A stretch of DNA of 64,000 nt from the NCBI GenBank assembly GCA_963840035.1, contig CAWIXE010000001.1, positions 448,001 through 512,000 on the forward strand, given 5' to 3'. The notes under the pieces were generated by a model. The model ran no database searches. It saw nothing but the letters and a program-made list of their open reading frames with translations, and had not been told where the DNA came from. This document shows, one piece after another, positions 46,880-55,816 of this stretch. The stretch is from a candidate division FCPU426 bacterium (GTDB taxonomy: Bacteria; Oederibacteriota; PGYV01; Palsa-1178). Positions within the stretch are counted from its first letter, which is position 1. Each line of letters begins with the position of its first letter. The translations under genes were made by a program, and so were the position numbers.

Positions 46880-46947
46880 TTAGCATATAAACTAATAAAT
46901 GTAATAAAAATATTAGCTTTTAAGCTAACATAATTATAGCCTATAAT
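46880..46947. promoter_or_regulatory. Operator-like palindromes upstream of the mystery A/B pair
   Basis: TTAG-N8-CTAA at 46880-46895 and 46913-46928 (TTAGCTT-TT-AAGCTAA); ATTATAG-C-CTATAAT at 46933-46947. Confidence 0.6.
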
Positions 46948-47034
46948 ACTTGATAAATCAAATTATATTTAAAGTTTTCATTCCCCTTTCCGATATATTT
47001 AGTGAAGCGGTTAAGCAAAATCAGGAGAAAAGAC

Positions 47035-47229
47035 ATGACACAGGACAGGGCCACAATCAGGCACTTTTTAGAGACTGCGAACGTTAAAGACCTTAAAAAG
47101 GTTAAGGATTACCTTAATCATAAACCCATGGCGTCTGTCATGGAGGTCATGGAAAAGACCGGGGTTTCCTCCACGTCTATAAAGTATTACCTGGAAACAG
47201 GGGTATTAAAGATAAAGAACGTGTCATAA
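47035..47229 (+). CDS. Small hypothetical HTH-like protein (64 aa)
   Basis: AGGAG RBS, own terminator; KVKDYL..P.AS..EV.E.TGVS...I..YLE.G.L pattern. Confidence 0.65.
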   Translation: MTQDRATIRHFLETANVKDLKKVKDYLNHKPMASVMEVMEKTGVSSTSIKYYLETGVLKIKNVS

Positions 47230-47270
47230 CATCAACCCGGTATAAGGACCGGTAAAATATATTAAGGTAG

Positions 47271-47300
47271 AAGCGGGGCGAAATGCCCCGCTTTTTGTTT
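47271..47300 (+). terminator. Intrinsic terminator
   Basis: AAGCGGGGC-GAAAT-GCCCCGCTTTTTGTTT. Confidence 0.85.
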
Positions 47301-47352
47301 AATAGAGAGCAGTTGATTTTGTGGTTGTGTGCTGATAGGTTTGTCTCTTTAT

Positions 47353-47465
47353 CCCTCTCCCCTTGGCTCTTTATAGTCCCCCCTTGAGGGGGAGAGAGGG
47401 TAGGGTGAGGGGAATAAGGCAATTAGTTTCACCTCACCCCAGCCCCTCTCCTAAGAGGAGAGGGG
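47353..47465. repeat. Doublet of the CCTCACCC/GGGAGAGGG family, left copy with insert
   Basis: 47353-47412 matches 10909-10941 plus an insert of about 28 bp; 47428-47465 identical to 10841-10878. Confidence 0.85.
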
Positions 47466-47604
47466 AGGAAAAAGAAAGAATAAACCAAAATCTTTATAAT
47501 AAAAAAGTAAATTTTAAATAATCTGCAAAAAGTGTGCGGCTTGCAAAGGCTGATAATATGGTAGAATAGATAGCAACAGGGGATAAAATAAATGATAAAA
47601 GGGA

Positions 47605-48405
47605 GTGAAGAACATTAACAGTAAAAGAGTAATTATTTTTCTTGGCTTCCTTGCTTTTTCTTCACCCTGTTTTGCGCATGATTTTGAAAGAAAAGGCGAC
47701 ATGTATACTTACAGCGTAAATTCGCTGACAGATACTGCCGCGGCCTGCGGCATGGCGGGGGAAGCCCTTGATAATTACAGGCAGGCGGTTTTAGAGAGCG
47801 CCTCGGAAAACCTCCTTGTCAAATACGTGGACGCGATGAATTTCAGATACTCGACGCTGGAGTGCGGCAAAGATAAGGCTTCGGAAGCCAACAAAGAGTG
47901 TTTTGCCGCTGTTGATAAATACTGCGCTGATAACGCGGCGGCTACGGTTACAGCCGCAATAAACTACTGTTATCTTATTCTTTGGGGAAGGTTCGCGGAA
48001 ATGGCAAACCCGCTGGAAGCCATAAACAGCGGCGTGGCGGATAAGATAAAGGCCTACGGGGAAAAATTATACGGCTTTGATAAAACCTACGGAAAGCACA
48101 CTGCAGGGCTCATACTCGGCAGGATGCATTACAAAGCGCCAAATATCCCGTTTATAATCCCGTGGCCGGATAAGGATAAAGCCAGGGCATACCTCGAGGA
48201 ATGCGTCAAACTCTCGCCTAAAAACCTGACAGCCGCGTTTTTCCTCGCGGACGCGCTCTGGGATGCCGGGGATGAGGGAAGAAAAAGGGCAATAAAGCTC
48301 TTTGATGAAGTCAGCTCGGCAAAACCGGATAAGAATTATTATTTCAATGATTTATCAACCATCAGGCAATGCAAAGACAGGATGAAAGAACTGGGTTTAA
48401 ATTAA
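47605..48405 (+). CDS. Exported helical-repeat (TPR-like) hypothetical protein
   Basis: Signal peptide ending CFA; LGRMHYKAP, DKARAYLEE..KLSP, FLADALW. Confidence 0.65.
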   Translation: MKNINSKRVIIFLGFLAFSSPCFAHDFERKGDMYTYSVNSLTDTAAACGMAGEALDNYRQAVLESASENLLVKYVDAMNFRYSTLECGKDKASEANKECFAAVDKYCADNAAATVTAAINYCYLILWGRFAEMANPLEAINSGVADKIKAYGEKLYGFDKTYGKHTAGLILGRMHYKAPNIPFIIPWPDKDKARAYLEECVKLSPKNLTAAFFLADALWDAGDEGRKRAIKLFDEVSSAKPDKNYYFNDLSTIRQCKDRMKELGLN

Positions 48406-48421
48406 TATACCGAATCCTTCC

Positions 48422-48449
48422 TTGACAAAAACTCTTTCCATTATATAAT
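48422..48449 (+). promoter_or_regulatory. Sigma70-type promoter of pcrA
   Basis: TTGACA-N16-TATAAT. Confidence 0.65.
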
Positions 48450-48497
48450 CTTTAGGAATTGCATGACCATTCACGAAAAAAATATGGAGCCAAAGCA

Positions 48498-50732
48498 TTG
48501 ACACATTCAAATATTGACGAACTCATGAATAAGGAACAGCTTGAGGCTGTAAAGCACAAGGACGGGCCCATACTTATCTTAGCCGGCGCCGGAAGCGGGA
48601 AGACGAGGGTCATTACCTACAGGATAGCCCACCTGATAGCGGAATACAAAATATCACCTGAAAATATACTTGCCGTAACCTTTACCAATAAAGCGGCTGA
48701 AGAGATGAAAAACCGTATTAAAAAGGTCGTTGGCAAGAACGCAAACCTTATAACCATGTCCACTTTCCACTCCCTGGGGTGCAGGATGCTCCGGGCGCAC
48801 GCTGAAAAACTCGGGTATACCAAAAGTTTTTCCATATACGACGAGGACGATAGGGAAAGGCTTATAAAGGAAAGCATGCACGAGGCCAAGGTTTCAGACA
48901 AGGAAATGAGGCCTTACGACATCATAAAGCGCATATCAAACATTAAAAATGAGCTTATAACGCCCCAGGAATTTGAGGACAAATACGCGAATGATTACGA
49001 GTCAAAAGCCATATCCAGGGTTTACTCCATAAGCGAGGCAAAGCTTAACAAGAACAACGCCGTTGATTTTGACGACCTTATATCAAAACCCATAGAGCTT
49101 TTAAGGAAACATAAGGATGTTCTTGAAGCTTACAGGGAAAAATACAAATACATCCTCATAGACGAGTACCAGGACATTAACAACTCGCAGTACACCCTCA
49201 TATCCATGCTCGCGGAAAAGTATAAGAATATCTGTGTGGTGGGCGACGATGACCAGTCCATATACCGTTTCAGGGGCGCGGACATCACAAACATCCTCGA
49301 GTTTGAGGAGGATTACAAGAACGCTAAGGTAATAAGGCTCGAGCAGAACTACCGCTCCACAAAAACCATACTGAAGGCCGCCCACAGCGTCATTAAGAAT
49401 AACGAAGGCAGGAAGGGCAAGGAGTTATGGACTAATAATGACGAAGGCGAGAAAATAACTTTTTATTACACTGACGACGAGATAATGGAGTCAGAGGCTG
49501 TTGTCAATGAAGTCTTCAAACTTTTAAACGCCAGCGGCGTGCACTTAAAGGACATGGCTGTTTTTTACAGGACCAATGCCCAGTCGCGCGTGGTCGAGGA
49601 CAGGTTCCGCAGGGCGGGAGTGCGTTACAAATTAGTCGGGGGCATATCCTTCTATTCCAGGCTGGAAATAAAGGACATGCTGGCTTATTTGCGCGTTATT
49701 TCAAACCCGCGGGATGTCATGAGCTTTAAGCGCATCATAAACGTGCCGCCCAGGGGCATTACAGACACTACCGTTGACAAGATGGAGGCTTTTGCCTTCG
49801 CCAATAACCTGCCGTTCCTGGACGCCATGGAAAAATCATACGAGATGACAGACATAAAAGACGCGGCAAAACAGTCGCTGAAGGCCTTTCATGATTTTAT
49901 AAAATATTTAAGCGAGAACAAGGATTCACTGACCATGAAGGATTTATCCGCGAGGATTTTAACCGGGACAGGTTACATAGATTACTGGCAGAGCGACCCG
50001 TCGCCAAAGGCAAAGGAAAGGGTTGAGAATGTAAAGGAATTTGTCTCGGCCATGGACGAATATGAGGAGGACAGTTTAAAGTCTGGTAAAAAAGCCAGCC
50101 TTGATGAATATTTAAACCAGGTGGCGCTCATGTCGTCTGTGGATAAACTCGATGAAAGCCAGGAAGCTGTCACATTAATGACCATACACAGCGCTAAGGG
50201 GTTGGAGTTTGATGTAGTATTCCTTACAGGCATGAACGAGGGTTTCTTTCCACACAAAAACTGTATTGATGAGCCAGGTGGAATAGAAGAAGAAAGAAGA
50301 CTTGCATATGTGGCTATCACGCGTGCAAGGAAGAAACTATTTATAATGAGTGCTGCGGTACGCAGGCAAGCTGGCATGAAAAATGCCGGAAAAATATCAA
50401 GATTTATAAACGAAATACCCGAGGAACTACTAATTCATAAAGGACGGTTACCCCAAAAACAGACACAAGAAAAATTTTACGGAAACGGCCCTGACGCGGA
50501 CCCGACGGCAGCTGCGGAAGCATGCCCGACGCCGGGGAGCGATGTTGTATATAATGACGAGCCTGAAGAGGTCCAGTATAAGCCCGGACAGAAGGTAAAG
50601 CATAAAAAGATGGGGCAGGGGACAATAGTAAAATCAGAGCCTTACGGAGATGATTTAAGGCTGACAGTGGTCTTTAAGACATCGGGAAAGAAAACCCTGT
50701 CGGCAAAATACGCGGGGTTAGAGATTATTTAA
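48498..50732 (+). CDS. pcrA: UvrD/PcrA DNA helicase
   Basis: AGAGSGKT, TFTNKAA, DEYQD, GDDDQSIY.FRGA, LEQNYRS, TIHSAKGLEF, EERRLAYVAITRA, C-terminal Tudor-like domain. TTG start after GGAG is approximate. Confidence 0.95.
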   Translation: MTHSNIDELMNKEQLEAVKHKDGPILILAGAGSGKTRVITYRIAHLIAEYKISPENILAVTFTNKAAEEMKNRIKKVVGKNANLITMSTFHSLGCRMLRAHAEKLGYTKSFSIYDEDDRERLIKESMHEAKVSDKEMRPYDIIKRISNIKNELITPQEFEDKYANDYESKAISRVYSISEAKLNKNNAVDFDDLISKPIELLRKHKDVLEAYREKYKYILIDEYQDINNSQYTLISMLAEKYKNICVVGDDDQSIYRFRGADITNILEFEEDYKNAKVIRLEQNYRSTKTILKAAHSVIKNNEGRKGKELWTNNDEGEKITFYYTDDEIMESEAVVNEVFKLLNASGVHLKDMAVFYRTNAQSRVVEDRFRRAGVRYKLVGGISFYSRLEIKDMLAYLRVISNPRDVMSFKRIINVPPRGITDTTVDKMEAFAFANNLPFLDAMEKSYEMTDIKDAAKQSLKAFHDFIKYLSENKDSLTMKDLSARILTGTGYIDYWQSDPSPKAKERVENVKEFVSAMDEYEEDSLKSGKKASLDEYLNQVALMSSVDKLDESQEAVTLMTIHSAKGLEFDVVFLTGMNEGFFPHKNCIDEPGGIEEERRLAYVAITRARKKLFIMSAAVRRQAGMKNAGKISRFINEIPEELLIHKGRLPQKQTQEKFYGNGPDADPTAAAEACPTPGSDVVYNDEPEEVQYKPGQKVKHKKMGQGTIVKSEPYGDDLRLTVVFKTSGKKTLSAKYAGLEII

Positions 50733-50772
50733 ATTTGCAATTGTTTATACTGTTTGTAAGGTGCTGCAATCT

Positions 50773-50923
50773 GTCATTGCGAGGAGCCGCACTTGTTTTT
50801 CGGCGACGAAGTCGTACGACAGGCTCACGATGGTGAGTTCATCGAACCACAATCTCGTTTCAAGCTAACAAGACAGCAAGATTGCTTCGTCGGCAAGAAA
50901 CTAAAACGCCTCCTCGCAATGAC
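50773..50923. repeat. GTCATTGCGAG element with an insert in one arm
   Basis: Inverted relative to 18966; 38-bp insert at 50812-50849; flank 50924-50946 matches 18944-18965. Confidence 0.9.
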
Positions 50924-51042
50924 ACCTTAAAACAATAAACATAACCGACAATCGCAAATCAAACCCACAACTTCAAAGAATTAAAATCGTATTTTTATGC
51001 TATAATTAAAATCATTTCAATTACGGGATAATAAGGAGAAAC

Positions 51043-53460
51043 ATGAACAAAAAATTCATACCAGCGTTATTGCTGCTTGTAATGACTCTTATATATTTTA
51101 CTCCCGAACTTTTTTTGGGCAAATCATTTACCGGCGGCGATTCGGCTTACCTGGGGCTTCCGATGTCCAAGTTTTATTCCGAGACCATAAGCAAGGGTGA
51201 AGTGCCGCTTTGGATCCCGCATATGCTCAACGGATTCCCGGCATTGGGGACCTTTTACTACCCATTCAACCTGCTGCTTACAAACATACCCGCGCATAAA
51301 TCCCTGACCATAAACCTGGCGATACATTTCCTGCTTGGCGGGATATTTATGCTTATGTTCGCCTCTTTATTCGCTGAAAGCGCGTCAGCCTTTTTTATAG
51401 CGGCTGTTATGTGGTCGTTTTCCGGGCTTTTTTCCTACAGGGCCGAGCAGCTCGGGGTGCTGCAGGGGCTGGCCTGGACGCCCTTCTTTTTTTACTGCGC
51501 TGAAAAATATGTCAGGAAAAGCGACATACTCTGGCTTTTCGCCATAAGTTTTGCCGTGACCCTGAATGTTTTTGCCGGCCACGGGCAGAGTACATTTAAT
51601 CTTCTGCTGGGCGTCCCCGTATATTACGGGGTAAGGATGCTCATGGAAAAGAAAAACATTTTTTCAAAAAACACCCTGATGCTGCTGTTCTTTATGGCAT
51701 TTGGCATCATCATGTCCGCGGCTTATGTACTGCCCCTGTTCGAGGCCATATCCTTTTCCATGAGGAGCAAAGGCATGAGCACGGCAGGGATACTGAGCTC
51801 TGAAACCACCCACTGGCTGAACCTGCTGAACATATTCTTCCCGTTCCTGTACGGGTCCATGAGCAACAATACTTATATAGGGACTTACATTTTCAAGTCT
51901 TTCTATATTTCATATATTGCCCTTTACACAGGCTTTGTGGCGGCTGCCGCGTATTACCTTGCGGCAGCCAGGTACATAAAGGAAAATATCATAAAACTTT
52001 TTCTTGGGTTCATAATATTTTCATTCTTTTTCTCCCTGGGCGGGAATTTTTTCCTGAATACATACCTGGCAAAGATACCCGTGCTGAACCTTTTCAGGAA
52101 TCCGGACATGATGCTGCAGTTCTTTGTCTTTTTTACGGCTGCGACGGCAGCCTATGTGCTGGACAGGGTGAAAAAGGAAGACATAAACGGCGGTGTAATA
52201 AAAATACTTGCAGCGCTGTCGTCCGTTTTTGTTTTTATATCCGGCGCAGTTTGTATATTTAAGAAAGATATTCTCACCGCGGCCGGACCGGCAATCGCAG
52301 CCTTCATAAATTCAAAAGTGATAAATACAAAGTTCCATCATTTTGATTTTGAATATTACATGAGTAAGTTTGTCAATTCATTTGATTTTATTTCGGCCCA
52401 TGTATTTTTTCAGTCCATATTTATCACAATCATAATCTTACTCTTCGCGTATTTCGCGCATGGAAAGATTGCAAAAGGCAAATTCATAATGGCGCTGGCA
52501 GCGGTGACATGCCTGGAGCTTTTATTTAATATGCAGGGCTACCAGCCGGTTCAGCCGGATAAGTTCTATGATAACATTCCGCAGAGCGCTAAATTCCTCT
52601 CAAAGGACCCGTACTCAAGGGTGCTGCAGTGGCGCTATTTTGAGGCCGATAAATTATACTTTAAGGAAGGCGCATACCGGGGAGAGCTGGAGGAGCACCT
52701 GGCAAAGCAGGAACTCATGCCGCCGAACCAGAATGTTTCCTACGGAGTCATGTCTTTCTGGGGATACCACCCGCTTGCGTATAAGAAATACCTTAAATAT
52801 TATGATTCATTTGACAGGGCAGTGTTAAAAGGCGGGGAAGAGTCGGACTTATGCCTTATAACAGGAGCCACATTGCTTGACGCCTCGGCTGTTAAGTACA
52901 TATTGACACCGTTTGAGCTTAAAATTCCCGGGCTAAAAAAATCAGGGACCTTCGGTAATGTATCTATTTATGAAAGAATCGGCTCACCCGGCCTCATATC
53001 TTTCGCTACAAAGGCCGAGTTCATGAAGGACGAGGACCTTATTCTGAAGGATTTAAGCGACGGAAAATTCAGCATCAAAGGAAAGGTACTTATAATGTCT
53101 GCCGATAACCGCACAGAGGATTTCGGGAAAGGCGCGGCTAAAATTGACATCACACAATGGGACAACCGCGGCATAAAAGCCAAAATAAAGGCCGAGACAG
53201 CCGGTTACGCGGTAATAGCAAGCTCCAATTACCCGGGATGGAAAGCATATGTGGATGGAACCCCGGCAGCCATACAAAGGGCAAATTACCTCTTTTCTGC
53301 CGTTAAAATAGAAAAAGGAGACCACGAGTTCTCAATGACCTATTCCCCGGAATCAGTTAAAAGAGGCGTTTTAATATCAATACTGTCCTTCATGGCGTTT
53401 GCTGTGGGGCTTATTTTTGCTTTATTTTTAAGGAGTAAAAGCAGCCGTTCCCGGATGTAA
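51043..53460 (+). CDS. YfhO-family GT-C membrane protein
   Basis: GEVPLWIPHMLNGFP, FYYPFN, AGHGQ, LFRNP, NYPGWKAYVDG, ANYLFSAV.I..G.H. Confidence 0.85.
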   Translation: MNKKFIPALLLLVMTLIYFTPELFLGKSFTGGDSAYLGLPMSKFYSETISKGEVPLWIPHMLNGFPALGTFYYPFNLLLTNIPAHKSLTINLAIHFLLGGIFMLMFASLFAESASAFFIAAVMWSFSGLFSYRAEQLGVLQGLAWTPFFFYCAEKYVRKSDILWLFAISFAVTLNVFAGHGQSTFNLLLGVPVYYGVRMLMEKKNIFSKNTLMLLFFMAFGIIMSAAYVLPLFEAISFSMRSKGMSTAGILSSETTHWLNLLNIFFPFLYGSMSNNTYIGTYIFKSFYISYIALYTGFVAAAAYYLAAARYIKENIIKLFLGFIIFSFFFSLGGNFFLNTYLAKIPVLNLFRNPDMMLQFFVFFTAATAAYVLDRVKKEDINGGVIKILAALSSVFVFISGAVCIFKKDILTAAGPAIAAFINSKVINTKFHHFDFEYYMSKFVNSFDFISAHVFFQSIFITIIILLFAYFAHGKIAKGKFIMALAAVTCLELLFNMQGYQPVQPDKFYDNIPQSAKFLSKDPYSRVLQWRYFEADKLYFKEGAYRGELEEHLAKQELMPPNQNVSYGVMSFWGYHPLAYKKYLKYYDSFDRAVLKGGEESDLCLITGATLLDASAVKYILTPFELKIPGLKKSGTFGNVSIYERIGSPGLISFATKAEFMKDEDLILKDLSDGKFSIKGKVLIMSADNRTEDFGKGAAKIDITQWDNRGIKAKIKAETAGYAVIASSNYPGWKAYVDGTPAAIQRANYLFSAVKIEKGDHEFSMTYSPESVKRGVLISILSFMAFAVGLIFALFLRSKSSRSRM

Positions 53461-53565
53461 ATAATACTGCACAACAGGTTGATTTTATTATATAATGATT
53501 ATAGCGGGTTTATATCATAACTTTATTTATTTTATTATTAGCTGGGCTAAAATCCGGAGGATAAA

Positions 53566-54549
53566 GTGCTGGATGACGACGATTTTAAGATAAGCATGGA
53601 CGACATTAAGGACATGGTCTCCGAGCTTTTCGGCGAAAAGGTCGATAAGGTCGAAGCTGAAGCCGCGAAAAAGATCCTTAAGCAGGAAATGCTTGAGTTT
53701 TTTGAAAGCGGCTTAGACAGCGTGTCCGACACCCGGCTTAACGCGGATGAAGAAAAACTCCTGAAGGAATACGAATCAAACCAGGCAGAGGAAACTGCCG
53801 CGCCTGCGCCGGTCATACCGCCTGTCCCTGAGCAAAAACCCAATCCCGGGGGTCTGCCGGAAATTGATGAAGCTGCTTTCCATAAAAATCTTGAAGAGCG
53901 GAAAACTGAAGACGGCATGAGGGAAAAGATAAAAAAGGAGCTCGAAGAGGAACAGGCAAGGAAAAAGGAAGCTACATTAAAGAAAATTGAGGAATCAAAA
54001 AGGCAAAGCGCGGCGTACCAGGCCGAGCTGACAAGGCCCGCGGCAAATCCCGGGGCATCAGGCGCGCTTTCGCTTAATTACACGGAAATCATAAATATCC
54101 TCAATATGTTTGACCAGACGCAAAAAGTGTTCGCCACCATATTAAGCAAGCTTATAAAAAGAAAACCTGTTGAGACCATGTTTTTGCGGACCCTGGAAAA
54201 AACCATGGAAAAGCACACTGAAGTGCTGAAAAAAGCCGACTTAAACCAGGGAGGCAAAGTCAGGGACGACGGGTCAATCGAGACCATGAGGGTCGCGGCA
54301 AACTTAAACGGCATGCACCTGCCCGAGGAGAAGCGCGCAAAAAGATTCCTTCTGGCGCTTCATGACGTATTTGAGGAAAGGCTCATCGCCACTGAACTGG
54401 CCACCAGCCTGGAGACCAAGGATGACGTTACATCGGCTATAATAATGCAGACGGAAAAGATATTTGAGGTAAAAGCATACACTACAAAACTCCAGGATAT
54501 ATTTATGGAACATGTCATACCAAACACCACCATGAAAGCAGGGGATTAA
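53566..54549 (+). CDS. Hypothetical protein: acidic N-terminus, coiled coil, conserved C-terminal domain
   Basis: GGAGG RBS, GTG start; C-terminal about 160 aa homologous to the next gene. Confidence 0.8.
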   Translation: MLDDDDFKISMDDIKDMVSELFGEKVDKVEAEAAKKILKQEMLEFFESGLDSVSDTRLNADEEKLLKEYESNQAEETAAPAPVIPPVPEQKPNPGGLPEIDEAAFHKNLEERKTEDGMREKIKKELEEEQARKKEATLKKIEESKRQSAAYQAELTRPAANPGASGALSLNYTEIINILNMFDQTQKVFATILSKLIKRKPVETMFLRTLEKTMEKHTEVLKKADLNQGGKVRDDGSIETMRVAANLNGMHLPEEKRAKRFLLALHDVFEERLIATELATSLETKDDVTSAIIMQTEKIFEVKAYTTKLQDIFMEHVIPNTTMKAGD

Positions 54550-54553
54550 ACCG

Positions 54554-55816
54554 ATGGCTGATGATATAAACCCAAAGTTATCAGATGAGGAAGAGCAGCT
54601 CCTGCGCGAGTTTGAGCAGGAACGCTCGCGCTTAAGGACAGAAATGGAAGCCGAAGTCAGGCAGGAGGTTAAGCAGGAGCTTGCCGACGAGGTCAAATCC
54701 GTCATGGAAAAGGAAGTGGAAGGGGCCATGACAGCCGAGGTAAATAAAGCTGTCGAGGAAGAAGTGGAAGCCCAGGTAAAGCAGGAAGTCGAGATAGGCA
54801 TCATGGACGGCAAAAGCGGAGCTTTGGACGAAGCCGCCATGCGCAAATCCATGGAAACCGAACTGCGCGGCAAGATAGAGGGAGAACTCAGAAAGCAGCT
54901 CGAGGAAGAAGCAAGGAAAAGGATCGACGAGACCAGGGCAGAACTCGAGATAAAGATAAGGCGCGAGATGGAAGAAAAGGAAAAACTGAAAAAAGCCGAA
55001 GTCATAAAAAAGCTCCAGGCTTTAAAGCAGATAGAGGATGAAAACAACAAATCACATGAAGAGGAACTTAAAGTAAAGATAGCGGAAGAAATGCGCCGCG
55101 AGCAGCAGGAAAAGGAAAAGAAAAGGAAAGAAGAGATTTTAAAGAGCCTGCAGAAGATCGAAAAGGTGGAAACCGAGGCGAAGAAGCTGCAGGATGAGGA
55201 TATCAAAAGCAAAATGAAGGAAGAAATAAAGCTTGAGATGGAAGAGGAACGAAGGAAAAAGAAGCAGGAGATACTCAGCAAGCTCGAGTCGGTAAAAGTG
55301 CAGAACGCGGAATTCCAGCAGAAGATGTCGCAGATTACCCTTAACTACAGCGAACAGACCGCCATGCTGCAGTTCTTTGAGGAAACACAGAAGATATTTT
55401 TTACCTACTTATCGGCCAGGAAGGATAAGAAGGACACGGAGTCCATATTTTTCAAGGGAGTCATGAATGCCGAAAGGAAATGCCCGGACATACTGCGCAG
55501 GTGCATCACTGACAGGGACGGGAACCTAAAAAAAGACGGAGTCCTTGAGGCTGCCAGGGTGATCGCGAACACGAACGCGCTTTCACTGCCGGAATCTGAC
55601 AAGGCAAAAAAATTCCTCGCGGGTTTAAGGGAAATATTTGAGGAAAGGCTCATAGGGGCGGAGACAGCCACCAATCTTGACATAAAGGAAAGGGTCATAA
55701 CCGACACCTTAGGCCAGATAAGAAAGCTCATAGGAACGGGAAAATACCCGAAAAAAATAACTGACACATTCATGGAGCACGTGGTGCCTAATACCACGCT
55801 CCAGCAGGGAGATTAA
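54554..55816 (+). CDS. Hypothetical long E/K-rich helical protein, paralogue of the upstream gene
   Basis: About 250 aa charged helical region; shared motifs FEERLI and FMEHV.PNTT...GD. Confidence 0.85.
   Translation: MADDINPKLSDEEEQLLREFEQERSRLRTEMEAEVRQEVKQELADEVKSVMEKEVEGAMTAEVNKAVEEEVEAQVKQEVEIGIMDGKSGALDEAAMRKSMETELRGKIEGELRKQLEEEARKRIDETRAELEIKIRREMEEKEKLKKAEVIKKLQALKQIEDENNKSHEEELKVKIAEEMRREQQEKEKKRKEEILKSLQKIEKVETEAKKLQDEDIKSKMKEEIKLEMEEERRKKKQEILSKLESVKVQNAEFQQKMSQITLNYSEQTAMLQFFEETQKIFFTYLSARKDKKDTESIFFKGVMNAERKCPDILRRCITDRDGNLKKDGVLEAARVIANTNALSLPESDKAKKFLAGLREIFEERLIGAETATNLDIKERVITDTLGQIRKLIGTGKYPKKITDTFMEHVVPNTTLQQGD

Noticed and set aside
45780..47470. IS or prophage around the mystery A/B pair
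   Set aside because: No transposase, integrase, terminal inverted repeats or target duplication found.
54304..55281. 325-aa minus-strand ORF
   Set aside because: Ser/Phe/Leu-rich antisense shadow of the E/K-rich gene; the same applies to 32126-32995, 423-1013, 63212-63787 and the other short antisense ORFs.
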